DNA of 64,000 nucleotides from NCBI GenBank assembly GCA_963771465.1, contig CAVYTU010000001.1, positions 1 to 64,000 on the forward strand, given 5' to 3'. How positions within the stretch are numbered: the first letter of the stretch is position 1; each line of letters opens with the position of its first letter. This DNA is from an uncultured delta proteobacterium (lineage in GTDB: Bacteria; Desulfobacterota; Binatia; UBA9968). Positions 37,872 through 48,490 of the stretch are shown here, piece by piece. The notes beneath the pieces were generated by a model. It saw nothing but the letters and a program-made list of their open reading frames with translations. It made no database searches and had not been told where the DNA came from. The position numbers were made by a program, and so were the translations under genes.

Positions 37872-38876
37872 ATGACCAATGAATCGCAAAAACTCTTGCT
37901 CGGTTTCGCCATCCTAGTTCTCTCGCTGCTGCCAATACCTCGTCCAGTGCAGGCGCAGAAATTTGTTCACGCCTACTCGTCGATCAGCGCGCTCAACGCA
38001 ACCTTCTGGATTATCCAAGACGCCGGCATCGCCAAACAAGAAGGCCTCGATACTGAGTTGGTGTATATTCCAAGCTCATCGACCGTGGCGCAGGCGACGC
38101 TCGCTGGCGAGGTCGTGATCTCCCCGGCCAACGGTCAGGTGATCGCGGATGTCGGACTTCAAGGCGGCGATTTGATCGCCATGGGCGGCATCACCAACGT
38201 CGTTGCATTCTACATCATGGCCACGCCGGAGATTAAAACCATTGCCGATTTGAAAGGAAAAACCGTTGGCGTCACTCGTTTCGGCTCATCCGGCGACGTC
38301 GGTATGCGAATGTTTTTAACCAAATACGGCCTGGAGCCGGTCAAAGATGTGCCGATGATTCAGCTCGGCGGGCTGCCGGAAATCGCCGCGGCGATGGGCA
38401 AGCGCACCGTGCATGCCTCGGCATTTTCCCAACCCATGGCCTACGTCGCCCAACAGGGCGGCGCGCATTCGCTGGCGAATCTGGCGAAAGAAAACATACC
38501 GTTTCTCCACGTCGGCGTGACCACGACGCGTAAATTCATGCGCGAACGGCGCGCCCAGGCCAAGGCCTATCTGCGCGCCTACGGCCGCGCGGTGCACTTC
38601 ATGCACACCAGAAAGGAAGAAACCAAAGCGATTGTTACCAAATACACCAAAATCAAAGATCAAGGCATGCTCGACGGCACTCTGACTTATGGTTACGACT
38701 TCATCGAAAAAGTGCCGCTGGTAAAACCCGCCGGCTTTCAAGTTACGCTGGACGACATCGCCAAGAAAAATCCAAAAGCTAAGACGGCCAAGCCGGAGCA
38801 ATTCTACGACAACAGTTTGGTGCAGGAGCTGATCGACGAAGGTTTCTTCGTGAAACTGTGGGGGAGAATACCGTGA
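37872..38876 (+). CDS. ABC substrate-binding protein, NMT1/SsuA-like
   Basis: Signal peptide; DLKGKTVGVTRFGSSGD; YGLEPVKDV. Confidence 0.88.
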   Translation: MTNESQKLLLGFAILVLSLLPIPRPVQAQKFVHAYSSISALNATFWIIQDAGIAKQEGLDTELVYIPSSSTVAQATLAGEVVISPANGQVIADVGLQGGDLIAMGGITNVVAFYIMATPEIKTIADLKGKTVGVTRFGSSGDVGMRMFLTKYGLEPVKDVPMIQLGGLPEIAAAMGKRTVHASAFSQPMAYVAQQGGAHSLANLAKENIPFLHVGVTTTRKFMRERRAQAKAYLRAYGRAVHFMHTRKEETKAIVTKYTKIKDQGMLDGTLTYGYDFIEKVPLVKPAGFQVTLDDIAKKNPKAKTAKPEQFYDNSLVQELIDEGFFVKLWGRIP

Positions 38877-39889
38877 GCCAAATTCGTAAACGTGCTCGTG
38901 GTTCGATCGGCTGGTGCGCCGCTGCACTATTAGTACTCGTAGTGAATCACTCGCAGGCCCATGCCCAGAAGCTGGTCATCGCCTGGACTTCCGTCAGCGC
39001 CTTCAACTCGCCGTTTTGGATCATGCCGGAGGTGGGATTTTACAAGCAGGAAGGTTTGGATGTCGACACGATCTTCATCCTCAGCTCGCCCACGGCCGCG
39101 AAGGCGACGTTGGCCGGCGATATCGCCATCAGCGCGCAGAATAGCCAGGTGGTCGCCGATTCCGGTCTTGCCGGCGGCGATTTGGTCGCCATCGGCGCGG
39201 CGGTCAACATGGTACCTTTTTATCTGATGTCCACGCCCGAGATCAGGACGATCGCTGATCTCAAAGGCAAATCGGTTGGCATCTCGCGATTCGGCGCAGC
39301 GAGCGATTTCGGCACCCGGATGTTCCTTGCCAAACATGGCTTGGAAGCCAACAAAGATGTCGCCTTCGTGCAGATCGGCGGCCAGCCCGAGATCGCCGCG
39401 GCGCTGGCAAAAAAACTGATCGCCGCCGCAGCCATGTCTCAGCCGATGGCCGCCGTCGCTGAACAGCAAGGCGCGCGGCTGCTCGCTAACATGGTCAAAG
39501 ACGAAATTCCCTTTGTCCACTTGGCCATCACCACGACCCGGCGCTTCATCAAGGACAAACGGCCGCAAGCCAAAGCGTTCATGCGCGCCTACGCGCGAGC
39601 AATGCACTTCCTCTACACGCGCAAGGAAGAAAGCCTGATAATATTTCAAAAATATACCAAGGTGAAAGATGCCAAGATTTTAGAAAGCACACTCAAGTAC
39701 GGCTATGAGTTCATGGAGAAAGTACCGCTGGTCAAAGCGGCCGGGTTCCAAGTGACATTGGACGAAATCGGCCGCAGCAATCCCAAGGCGAAACAAGCCA
39801 AGGCGCAGCAGTTTTTCGACAACAGCCTGATTCAAGAACTCCTCGACGAGGGTTTTTTCACCAAGCTTTGGGGCAAGAGTCCGCTCTAG
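38873..39889 (+). CDS. ABC substrate-binding protein, NMT1/SsuA-like (tandem paralog of the preceding gene)
   Basis: DLKGKSVGISRFGAASD; near-identical C-terminus EKVPLVK.AGFQVTLD...DNSL.QEL.DEGFF.KLWG. Confidence 0.88.
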   Translation: MSQIRKRARGSIGWCAAALLVLVVNHSQAHAQKLVIAWTSVSAFNSPFWIMPEVGFYKQEGLDVDTIFILSSPTAAKATLAGDIAISAQNSQVVADSGLAGGDLVAIGAAVNMVPFYLMSTPEIRTIADLKGKSVGISRFGAASDFGTRMFLAKHGLEANKDVAFVQIGGQPEIAAALAKKLIAAAAMSQPMAAVAEQQGARLLANMVKDEIPFVHLAITTTRRFIKDKRPQAKAFMRAYARAMHFLYTRKEESLIIFQKYTKVKDAKILESTLKYGYEFMEKVPLVKAAGFQVTLDEIGRSNPKAKQAKAQQFFDNSLIQELLDEGFFTKLWGKSPL

Positions 39890-39970
39890 ACTTTTCCACT
39901 GCCGCCAGCCGCGGGATTCGCTCCGCGATCAACATTCTGCTAAAATTTCGCTGGTTGCTTAACTATTTCA

Positions 39971-41884
39971 ATGCCCCTTTTGCGTCTGGAAAACATCTCC
40001 CATGCCTACGGCCATGTGCCGTTGCTCACTGATGTCGACTTTCAAGTCGATGCCGGCGAGCGCGTCTGTTTGATCGGCCGCAACGGCACCGGCAAGACGA
40101 CATTGTTTCGCGTGATTACCGGCAGTCTGACGCCGGACGAGGGCGAAGTTTGGCGCGTGGAAACCATGCGCGTCGCACATCTCGAGCAGGAAGTGCCACC
40201 GGATACCGAGCAAACGATCTTCGAAGTCGTCGCCGAAGGCCTTGGCGAGTTGGGCGCGCTGCTCGCTCAGTATCACAACCTGACGCATCATCCCGAATTG
40301 GCCAATCGCGACTCCTTACGCGCGTTGGCACAGCTCCAGACGCGCATCGAGACGCTCGATGGCTGGAACATCAATCAGAAAGTCGAAACCGTGCTTACGC
40401 GCTTGAATCTCCCCGAAGACAAGCTTCTCGCCGATTGCTCCGGCGGTACCCGGCGCCAAGTCATGCTGGCGCGGGCACTGGTCAGCGAGCCGGATTTGCT
40501 GTTGCTCGACGAACCGACCAACCATCTCGATATCAACGCCATCACCTGGCTGGAAAAGTATTTGCTCAATTACAACGGCGCGGTCATGTTCATCACCCAT
40601 GACCGCACCTTCGTGCGCCGACTGGCGACGCGCATCGTCGAACTCGACCGCGGCAAGCTAACTTCCTTTCCCGGCGACTTCGATGGCTATCTGCAAAAGA
40701 AAGACGAGCTTTTGGAAATCGAAGAGCGCGCCGCCGCCAAGTTCGATAAGAAGCTCGCTGAGGAAGAAGTCTGGATTCGCCGCGGCGTCAGAGCGCGACG
40801 CACACGCAATGAAGGTCGGGTGCGCGTGCTGCAAGCGCTGCGCAAGGAAAAAGCCGAACGCCTCGACGCCCAGAGCAAAGCGCGATTCAGCATCGATGCC
40901 GGCGCCGCTTCCGGCAAGTTGGTCGTCGACGTGCGCCGAGTGAGTTTTCGCTATGGTGAGAATACGATCATTCGCGATCTTTCGACCCGTATTCTGCGCG
41001 GCGATCGGGTCGGCATCATCGGCCCCAACGGCTCCGGTAAAAGCACGTTGCTAAAGCTTATTCTCGGCGAGCTCGAGCCGACGACTGGAGAAGTGGTTCT
41101 CGGCACGCGACTACAATTGGCTTACTTCGATCAGCACCGGCGCATGCTCGATGCGGACAAAACCGTGCGGGAAAATCTCAGCGACTCGGATTACGTCACT
41201 GTCCGAGGCCGTTCGCGCCATGTGATCGGCTATTTAAAAGACTTTCTCTTTCCACCCCAGCGTATCGATTCGCCGGTACAAGCACTCTCCGGCGGAGAAC
41301 GGAATCGGCTGTTGCTGGCAAAGATCTTTACGCAATCGGCGAATATGATGGTGCTCGATGAACCGACCAATGATTTGGACGTCGACACGCTGGAGCTGCT
41401 GGAAGAACTGCTGTCCGAATACGAGGGAACGCTGCTGATCGTCAGCCACGACCGAACCTTTCTCGACAACGTCGTCACCAGTACTTTGGTGTTCGAAGGC
41501 GACGGAACGTTTAACGAATACGCCGGCGGCTACGACGACTGGGAACGTTACCAGCGGCAAATTCCCGAAGCCACCACGACGACCAAGCCGCCCGTAACGG
41601 CGCGACCCGTGGCGAGTCCAATGGAAGCAAGGCTGAGCGACAAGCCGCGCAAACTAAGCTACAAGGAACAGCGCGAGCTGGAAGCATTGCCGGGCAAGAT
41701 CGAGGCGCTGGAAAGCGAGCAGGCTGAGCTTCACAGCCGCTTGGGCCAGCCCGATTTCTATCGGCAAGCCGGCGCTAAGATCACGGCAACCATGGAGCGA
41801 ATCGAAGCGGTGAAGAGTGACCTCGAAGCGTGCTATGAACGCTGGCAGACGCTGGAGTCGATCGCTCCAACTGCGGATCGATAG
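39971..41884 (+). CDS. uup: ABC-F family ATPase Uup
   Basis: Two ABC domains (GRNGTGKT, GPNGSGKS), DEPTNHLD and DEPTNDLD, EEVWIRRGVRARRTRNEGRVR linker, KLSYKEQRELE C-terminal domain. Confidence 0.92.
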   Translation: MPLLRLENISHAYGHVPLLTDVDFQVDAGERVCLIGRNGTGKTTLFRVITGSLTPDEGEVWRVETMRVAHLEQEVPPDTEQTIFEVVAEGLGELGALLAQYHNLTHHPELANRDSLRALAQLQTRIETLDGWNINQKVETVLTRLNLPEDKLLADCSGGTRRQVMLARALVSEPDLLLLDEPTNHLDINAITWLEKYLLNYNGAVMFITHDRTFVRRLATRIVELDRGKLTSFPGDFDGYLQKKDELLEIEERAAAKFDKKLAEEEVWIRRGVRARRTRNEGRVRVLQALRKEKAERLDAQSKARFSIDAGAASGKLVVDVRRVSFRYGENTIIRDLSTRILRGDRVGIIGPNGSGKSTLLKLILGELEPTTGEVVLGTRLQLAYFDQHRRMLDADKTVRENLSDSDYVTVRGRSRHVIGYLKDFLFPPQRIDSPVQALSGGERNRLLLAKIFTQSANMMVLDEPTNDLDVDTLELLEELLSEYEGTLLIVSHDRTFLDNVVTSTLVFEGDGTFNEYAGGYDDWERYQRQIPEATTTTKPPVTARPVASPMEARLSDKPRKLSYKEQRELEALPGKIEALESEQAELHSRLGQPDFYRQAGAKITATMERIEAVKSDLEACYERWQTLESIAPTADR

Positions 41885-41897
41885 TCACGCCCAAGCA

Positions 41898-42131
41898 ATG
41901 ACATCTTGCAAACATTCAACTCTCGAACTCATCCCAGAGCGCAAGAGCACGGTTCGATGCAAGCATTGTCATCTCACCATGTCCGCCGAGGACTTGGGCG
42001 ATAGTTATTGTCCCGAATGTTTCGATAGGCTCGGCGCAAAGCACTACGAGTTTGAATCCGTATCGGCTGCCGACGGCAAGGTGGTACGTTATCGCTGCGA
42101 GGAATGCGGCGCGATCATTGCGACGAGCTAA
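41898..42131 (+). CDS. Small Cys-rich zinc-binding protein
   Basis: CKH, RCKHC, YCPEC, YRCEEC motifs in 77 aa. Confidence 0.7.
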   Translation: MTSCKHSTLELIPERKSTVRCKHCHLTMSAEDLGDSYCPECFDRLGAKHYEFESVSAADGKVVRYRCEECGAIIATS

Positions 42132-42159
42132 TCAATCCCGTGATGAAAGGACGAAACCG

Positions 42160-42633
42160 ATGACTGACGATAAGGACACACTCGTATTAGCGGCGGAAGA
42201 ATTGGAACGACTTTGGGCCGAGCATCTCAAAGGTGAGTTCGAGACCCGAGATGTCGAGGCGACGCTGGCGACAATGGTCGAGGATGCCTACGTCAATCAC
42301 ATGCCGGTCAATACCGGCGCGCGTGGCAAGCAGGCGTTACGCGCTTTTTACCGTGATGACTTTATTCCGTCATGGCCTGAGGATGTCCAGATGACGCCGG
42401 TGAATCGCGTCGTCGGTGCGGCACAGTTGGTCGACGAGTTGCACTGCGAGTTCACCCATAGCCGGCCGATGCCGTGGTTTTTGCCGAACGTGGCTCCAAC
42501 GCACAAACGAATTTCGGTGGACTTCGTCGTGGTCGTGCAATTTCGCGGCGACAAGCTCGCCTGCGAACGGATCTATTGGGATCACGCCGGAGTGCTACGA
42601 CAAGCTGGACTTCTTAAGGACGACTTCGTGTAG
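42160..42633 (+). CDS. SnoaL-like/NTF2-fold ester cyclase
   Basis: WAEHLKGEF, DVEATLATM, YVNHMP, VDE, ERIYWD. Confidence 0.85.
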   Translation: MTDDKDTLVLAAEELERLWAEHLKGEFETRDVEATLATMVEDAYVNHMPVNTGARGKQALRAFYRDDFIPSWPEDVQMTPVNRVVGAAQLVDELHCEFTHSRPMPWFLPNVAPTHKRISVDFVVVVQFRGDKLACERIYWDHAGVLRQAGLLKDDFV

Positions 42634-42651
42634 GATTACTACCTAGAATCA

Positions 42652-43374
42652 TCATTGTGCCGGCCAGGTCGATAGCAGCCTGCCATAGTTATTAACGGAA
42701 CTCTTAACGCCAAGCATCGATAGCATGTTCCAAATCATCGCCGGATTGCTGGCGATCACCGGTACGTTGAGCGCATCTTCAACTCTCTGGAGGATCGGCA
42801 ACGGGTCCATGGTGGCGCCTTGAAAGTAGATCGCATCCGCTGGTGGATGACTTTGATAGGTCTTAACCACCAAATCGAAAAGTTGTTCGGCGGTAAGATC
42901 GACACCGGAGCCGGCTTTCCGCCCTTCGAACGCCGGTCCGAGGTAAACGGTAAAACCGATAGCGTTGAGATGATCTTTGATTACCGCATCCGATTTGGCA
43001 TCGAAGGGCGTCATCAAAAGCACGGACTTCGCGGCGAAGACTTTGAGCGCGGCGACCGCTGACGAAACCGCGGTCGCGACGGGAAGGCGAATGGCCTCGC
43101 TGACTTTCACATCGATGCCGGGATTGAACAAGCCGATGAATCCGCCGGTCAGGATCAATCCTGCGACTTCATTTCGTTTCACAAAGTCGGTCGCGATGGC
43201 AATCACCTGATCCGCTTTGCCAGCTAAATCCTGATACGATTCGCCTAACAGACCGAGGCCTTCGTGAATCAGCGAGACACCGGGCGGAAGCAGATTGTCG
43301 ACATGTTTAAAGTGCGGCCGGTTCGGCGTCGCCGGGGACAGTAAGCCGAGGCGGATATCTTGCTTGGTTGCCAT
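42652..43374 (-). CDS. Maleate isomerase/AMDase (Asp/Glu racemase) fold protein with no cysteine
   Basis: RLGLLSP, LPPGV, LLMTPF, ADAIYFQGAT, EDALNVPVIASN.A.IW, YGRLL. Confidence 0.8.
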   Translation of the reverse strand: MATKQDIRLGLLSPATPNRPHFKHVDNLLPPGVSLIHEGLGLLGESYQDLAGKADQVIAIATDFVKRNEVAGLILTGGFIGLFNPGIDVKVSEAIRLPVATAVSSAVAALKVFAAKSVLLMTPFDAKSDAVIKDHLNAIGFTVYLGPAFEGRKAGSGVDLTAEQLFDLVVKTYQSHPPADAIYFQGATMDPLPILQRVEDALNVPVIASNPAMIWNMLSMLGVKSSVNNYGRLLSTWPAQ

Positions 43375-43540
43375 TGCTCTCTCCAATTGGAACAGCTCGG
43401 CTATAACATGAAAAAGCGTAATGGGTGAAGAGTGGCGCGATCGATCGACGCCGCTTAAGTATTCATCGCCGTATGAGATTGACCCGAAGACGTCAATCTC
43501 GCATAGTCGAAATTCACAATTCGTGAGAGCGGAGGTTCTC

Positions 43541-44539
43541 GTGCAGTTTCGTATCGCTGCGGTCGATTTGGTTAGCAACACCTGTTTCCCCGCGTTGGCG
43601 GCAGATGAGTTGGGTTTTTTCAAAAGCGAAGGATTGGATGCGCGCATCGAGCTCGTCCCCATGCTCGGTGCAACCAAGGCGTTACGCCAAGGTAGCGCCG
43701 ATGCGATGATCGCCGGCTCGGTGTTCGATATCCTCACCGAATTTCCCAACTGGAAGGGGGCAAAAATCGCCGTCACGCTGTCGCAAGGCGCGCCCTGGCT
43801 GCTGGTGGTACGAGCCAATCTCGACGCCAGGCGCGGCGATTTGAATGCTCTCAAAGGCCTGCGTATCACGGCGGCCAAAGGTCCTGACCTGGTACTCAAG
43901 CAATTGCTGAAAAGCGGCGGCTTCGAAGTCGGCCGCGATGTCGAAATCGTCGAACTGCCAGGCGCAAAGTCGCGTGACGTATCCTTTGGCGTGTTTGCTG
44001 CGCGGGCGCTGGAAGCGGGTCAGATCGACGGCTTTTGGGCCAATGCCATGGGCGGAGAGACGGCAACGACCAGCGGCGCGGGAAAAATTCTCATCGACGT
44101 GCGTCGCGGCGATGATCCGGCCGAGATTCGTTTCTGTACCTTCGCTGGCATGGCAACCACCGATAATTTTATCGCTCGCGAACCCGAGGCTATGGCTGCG
44201 GCGGTGCGCGCGATTGTCAAAGCGCAAAAGGCGTTGCGCGCCGATCCGTCACTGGCGCGCCAAGTCGGCCAACGCAAGTTTCCCAAGGACGCTGCGGAAC
44301 TAATCGCTAACGTGGTCGCCCGTGACGTGGAATTCTACGATCCGATCATCCGAGAAGAAATGGTTTCAAAAATGAACCGCTTCGCGCAAACCGTCGGGCA
44401 GCTGTCCGGACCGGTGGCCTTTGAGGACGTTGTGGCCGTGCGCTATCGGGAACTGTGGCGGCTTGTAAAGATTGTCAACCGTGTTCTGTGCGGAGAAGAA
44501 ATTTTCCTATCCGCTATCTACCAACTTGGAACTCGTTGA
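43541..44539 (+). CDS. NMT1/SsuA-like binding-protein fold without an obvious signal peptide
   Basis: GGAGG RBS before GTG; ADELGFFKSEGLD, LKGLRI, GQIDGFW. Confidence 0.8.
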   Translation: MQFRIAAVDLVSNTCFPALAADELGFFKSEGLDARIELVPMLGATKALRQGSADAMIAGSVFDILTEFPNWKGAKIAVTLSQGAPWLLVVRANLDARRGDLNALKGLRITAAKGPDLVLKQLLKSGGFEVGRDVEIVELPGAKSRDVSFGVFAARALEAGQIDGFWANAMGGETATTSGAGKILIDVRRGDDPAEIRFCTFAGMATTDNFIAREPEAMAAAVRAIVKAQKALRADPSLARQVGQRKFPKDAAELIANVVARDVEFYDPIIREEMVSKMNRFAQTVGQLSGPVAFEDVVAVRYRELWRLVKIVNRVLCGEEIFLSAIYQLGTR

Positions 44540-45233
44540 GTACGCTTTCGAAAGTGTCAAAATCCGCCAGCGTTCTTAACGCAGCGAAAGTCGGAAATAT
44601 CATCGGCAGCTCATTGTTGTTGAACATCTGCATCGCACGGTCTGGGGTGAGCCAAAGACTATGCGCGACTTCGTAGGAAGTCGACAGCGGTGTTTGTCCT
44701 TGGGGTAGCGCGGCAATAAAAAAGCGCGTCTCGAAACGCATGGCAACTTGCGATGGCGTTTGCCAATAGGAAAAGTGGGCTAGGCTGCCGAGATCGCAGC
44801 TGAGCTGTTCGCTTTCGAGCAATTCGACAAAGGTGAGCGATTTCTTCAGCAGCGCTGCGTGTTTTTTTGCCAACTGGACCGAGCGGTTGGTATCGAGGGT
44901 TAACGGCGCACCGGATCGTTCCGCGGCCAGCAGCACGCCAACTTCTTCAAAAACTTCTCTGACGCCGGCGATCCAAAAACCCATCGCTTCAACCGGCCTG
45001 TAATGGGCGCCGAGAATTTTCCGCGCCTGCTTCGCTGTCAGGCCGGTAGAGCGTTCGATCATGCGCGCGGCGAAATCGTCTTTCGTGACCGTGCCGCCGG
45101 GATAGCAGTACATTCCGCCTAAAAAGGGCATGCCGTCGGGACGGCGCGTCAGGAAAACTTCAAAGCCGCGACCTTCCGCGGGTCGAAGTAGGATAACCGT
45201 CGCCGCTTGTTTAGGTTTACGAGTTTCAGTCAT
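44514..45233 (-). CDS. NUDIX hydrolase (NUDT19/LACTB2-associated type)
   Basis: PKQAATVILLR, YCYPGG, GVREVFEEVGVLL, WQTP...RFETRFF, IFPT. Confidence 0.85.
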   Translation of the reverse strand: MTETRKPKQAATVILLRPAEGRGFEVFLTRRPDGMPFLGGMYCYPGGTVTKDDFAARMIERSTGLTAKQARKILGAHYRPVEAMGFWIAGVREVFEEVGVLLAAERSGAPLTLDTNRSVQLAKKHAALLKKSLTFVELLESEQLSCDLGSLAHFSYWQTPSQVAMRFETRFFIAALPQGQTPLSTSYEVAHSLWLTPDRAMQMFNNNELPMIFPTFAALRTLADFDTFESVLNEFQVGR

Positions 45234-45994
45234 CGAACGTGCAAGATGATTTCGGAATCGAAAGCATTTCTGCAGGGCGCGCCGAGACAGTGAAAGGTTT
45301 CGAATTGCGAGCGCGCCTGCGAGAGAAATATTACGCTCGATGAAACCGTCCCGGAAGTTTCCCGATGCACGCAGATGGCGTCGCCGGGATTATCCGAGCC
45401 GTCGCCCAGCGAATGATCGCTGAGAATAGATTGCAACGCCGCCAGCCATTGCTTGGGTTGCGTATCATTCTCGCTCAAGGGATTCATCAAGCTGGCGAAG
45501 CGCTCGTGGGCGCGCTTGGCTTTGGCCGAATTGAGGTCAAAGTCCGCCGCGCTGCTGAAAACATGCAAGCCGGGTTGTAAAACTTGCGTGATTATCTTCG
45601 GGTCATCGTTGTAGGCGATATAAGCGTTGTGCTTGTCGGCGAAAACGATGGTGAAGGGATTGTATCGATATCGGTCCGCATCGATGCGCTGGCGGGCTGC
45701 GTTGGCTGACTCCAATTGCAACAGTTCCATGCACAGCGCGCCGCGTGAACGCGCCACGGTTGCCGGCAGCGCATCGCCGTTGATGCGCCGGTTGAGAATG
45801 CCAACCATGACGCCCGCGTCGTTCACGCCGAGCCATGTGCCGCCGGCGCGCAGATCTTTGCCGGCGATGATTTTGGGTTCATCGTCCATTAGCACCGGCG
45901 GCGCCGATGGCCGGTCAAAATGTTCATCCCGGTTAGCCGCGACCACCATCGGGTACGCGTCGAAGCAACGAAAGTAAAGCGCCAACGTACACAC
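45230..45994 (-). CDS. NRDE/TANGO2 family protein
   Basis: (M)CTL N-terminus, AANRDE...RPS, AGGTWLGVN, SRG, GTVSSS. Confidence 0.9.
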   Translation of the reverse strand: MCTLALYFRCFDAYPMVVAANRDEHFDRPSAPPVLMDDEPKIIAGKDLRAGGTWLGVNDAGVMVGILNRRINGDALPATVARSRGALCMELLQLESANAARQRIDADRYRYNPFTIVFADKHNAYIAYNDDPKIITQVLQPGLHVFSSAADFDLNSAKAKRAHERFASLMNPLSENDTQPKQWLAALQSILSDHSLGDGSDNPGDAICVHRETSGTVSSSVIFLSQARSQFETFHCLGAPCRNAFDSEIILHVR

Positions 45995-46105
45995 AACGTC
46001 TTCCATTACAGAATGCTTGCAGTTTCCGCAATCGCTCCGCCCCACCCGTTATTTGTTGTTGCGAAATGATTATGTTAGCCTCGCAGAAAATCGGAAAGGA
46101 CAACT

Positions 46106-47065
46106 ATGTTTCAATCGGTCGACGAAGTGATCTCAGGCTTGGCCAAGGAGAAGTATCTGTGCAACAAAAACGTCGCCACGGTGGTGTATCTGGGCACGTC
46201 GTTGGAAAAACCGCTGCTGGTCGAAGGTCCGGCGGGGGTAGGGAAGACCGAGTTGGGAAAAGTTCTCGCCGATTCGCTGGGCTTGGAGTTGATTCGCTTG
46301 CAATGTTACGAGGGGCTCGACGAGGCCAAGGCTTTATACGAATGGGAGTACGCCAAGCAACTGCTCTACACGCAAATCCTCAAAGATAAGATCGGCGAGA
46401 TACTCCAAGGTGCCAAGACGCTCCAAGAAGCGGTCGACCACGTCGCCAATCAGGACGGCGTGTTTTTCTCGGATCGGTTTCTTTTGCCGCGTCCGTTACT
46501 GCGCGCGCTGCTGTCAGAAAAGCGCGTGGTTTTGTTAATTGACGAAATCGATAAGTCCGACGCCGAATTTGAAGCCTTCTTGCTCGAAATTTTGAGCGAC
46601 TTCCAGATCACCGTGCCCGAGATCGGCACGCTCAAGGCCAAGCATATTCCGTTGGTCGTGCTCACCAGCAATAACAGCCGGGAAATGTCCGATGCGCTCA
46701 AGCGCCGCTGCCTTCATCTCTATTTGGATTTTCCCGATCCCGAACGGGAGAAGGAAATTATCAAGCTCAAAGTCCCCGGCGTCGGCAATAAGTTGGCCGA
46801 CGAAGTCGTGCGTTTGCTGCACCGGCTACGCAAGCTCGATCTAAAAAAGACCCCGAGCATCAGCGAAACGCTCGACTGGGTGCGCGCCCTGACGCTGCTC
46901 AACATCAAAGAGCTGGATAATGAATTGGTCGAGCAGACCCTGTCGACACTCATGAAGTACGAAGCCGACGTTCGTAAAGCTCATCAAGAGCTCAAAGCCT
47001 TCCTCGCCGAAAAGCAGGCGCAGCAGCCAAGCGCCGGCGGCAGCGAAAAGGATCACTTGCACTAA
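46106..47065 (+). CDS. MoxR-family AAA+ ATPase (CoxD-like)
   Basis: LLVEGPAGVGKTE, RLQCYEGLD..KALYEW, LLIDEIDKSD, LTSN..REMSDALKRRC, PSISETLDW. Confidence 0.92.
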   Translation: MFQSVDEVISGLAKEKYLCNKNVATVVYLGTSLEKPLLVEGPAGVGKTELGKVLADSLGLELIRLQCYEGLDEAKALYEWEYAKQLLYTQILKDKIGEILQGAKTLQEAVDHVANQDGVFFSDRFLLPRPLLRALLSEKRVVLLIDEIDKSDAEFEAFLLEILSDFQITVPEIGTLKAKHIPLVVLTSNNSREMSDALKRRCLHLYLDFPDPEREKEIIKLKVPGVGNKLADEVVRLLHRLRKLDLKKTPSISETLDWVRALTLLNIKELDNELVEQTLSTLMKYEADVRKAHQELKAFLAEKQAQQPSAGGSEKDHLH

Positions 47066-47077
47066 GGTTTTTCACCA

Positions 47078-48485
47078 ATGGAAGCGCGCGTTATCGAATT
47101 CGCCAACGTGCTCCGCCGTAATGGCATCCGTGTTTCGTTGTCGGAAAACATGGATGCCTTTCGCGCGCTTGGGCTGCTCGGCATCGCCGATCCGCTGCTG
47201 TTTCGCAACGCTTTGCGCGCGACCCTGGTGAAACGCACCGGCGACGTGAAACCCTTCGAAGAACTCTTCGATTATTTCTTTCTCGGTATCGGCCAAGCGC
47301 TCGACGCGCTCGACCGCAAGATCATGGACGAGCTCGGTCTCACGCCGGAGCAATTTCAGGAGATGCTCGAACAGATCCAAAAGCTGCTGAAAGAGATGGA
47401 AGGGGACTTATCCGAGCTCACCAAAGCGCTCTTACAAAACAATCGCGGCGAGCTCGAGCGTTTGCTGCGCCAGGCGATGGAGCAGGAGATGCAAAACGGC
47501 ACGCCGGAAAGCCTGCGCCATACGCCGTACACGCGCATGATGATGCGCGCTCCAGCTCGACCGGGTGCAAAGCGAGATCGAACGCTTCAAGGGTATGTTG
47601 CAGATGCTCGGCGAGACCGGCGAAGATTTGCAAAACGTCATGCGCTATCTGGATGAACGTATGCGCGATCTGAACCGGCTGTTGCGCGAGATCATCCAGC
47701 AGGAGCAGCGCAAACAAGGCGCCGAACCGCGCGACTACAGCCAGCGCAGCGCGTTGGCCGACAAGAGCTTTTCGTTTTACACCGAAGACGATATCCGGCG
47801 CATGAACGATGCCGTCGCGCGCTTGGCCCAGCGGCTAAAGAATCGCCTGTCGGTACGGCGCAAGAAAGCCGCGCGCGGCCGTTTCAACGTCAAAGAGACG
47901 CTGCGTAAAAACTTACAATACGGCGGCGTACCTTTCGACATTCAGCTCGACCGGCGCAAGAAGACCAAGCCGCAGGTGATGGTGCTATGCGATATTTCCG
48001 ACTCGGTGTTGAACGCATCGCGCTTTATGTTGCAGTTCGTTTACTCGGTGCAGGATCTCTATTCCAAAGTCCGTAGCTTCGTCTTCGTCGCCGATATCGG
48101 CGAGGTGACAAAATTGTTCGAAGAACACGAGATCTCGACGGCGGTGGAGAAGGCGCTCAAAGGCGATGTGATCGATGTTTTTTCCCATTCCAACTTTGGC
48201 CGCGCCTTCGAACAGTTTCATCGAAACTTTTTTCCGGCTATCACGACAAAAACCACCGTGCTGATCATCGGCGACGGTAGAAATAATTACAACCGGCCCA
48301 GCGACTGGGTGCTGCGCGAGATCAAGCGAAAAGCCAAACAGCTGATCTGGCTTAACCCGGAAAGCCGCATGACTTGGGGCATCGGCGACAGCGAGATGCC
48401 GCGCTATGCGCCGCATTGCCATATCGCCGAGGAATGCCGCAGCATCAATCAGCTCTACAAGATCGTCGATTTGATCGCGCCGTGA
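47078..48485 (+). CDS. VWA-domain CoxE-like protein; apparent frameshift near 47550
   Basis: N-terminal FANVLRRNGIRVS; MIDAS-like LCDISDSV; SNFGRA; IIGDGRNNY; WLNPE...WGIGDS. Confidence 0.85.
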
Positions 48486-48490
48486 CCGTC

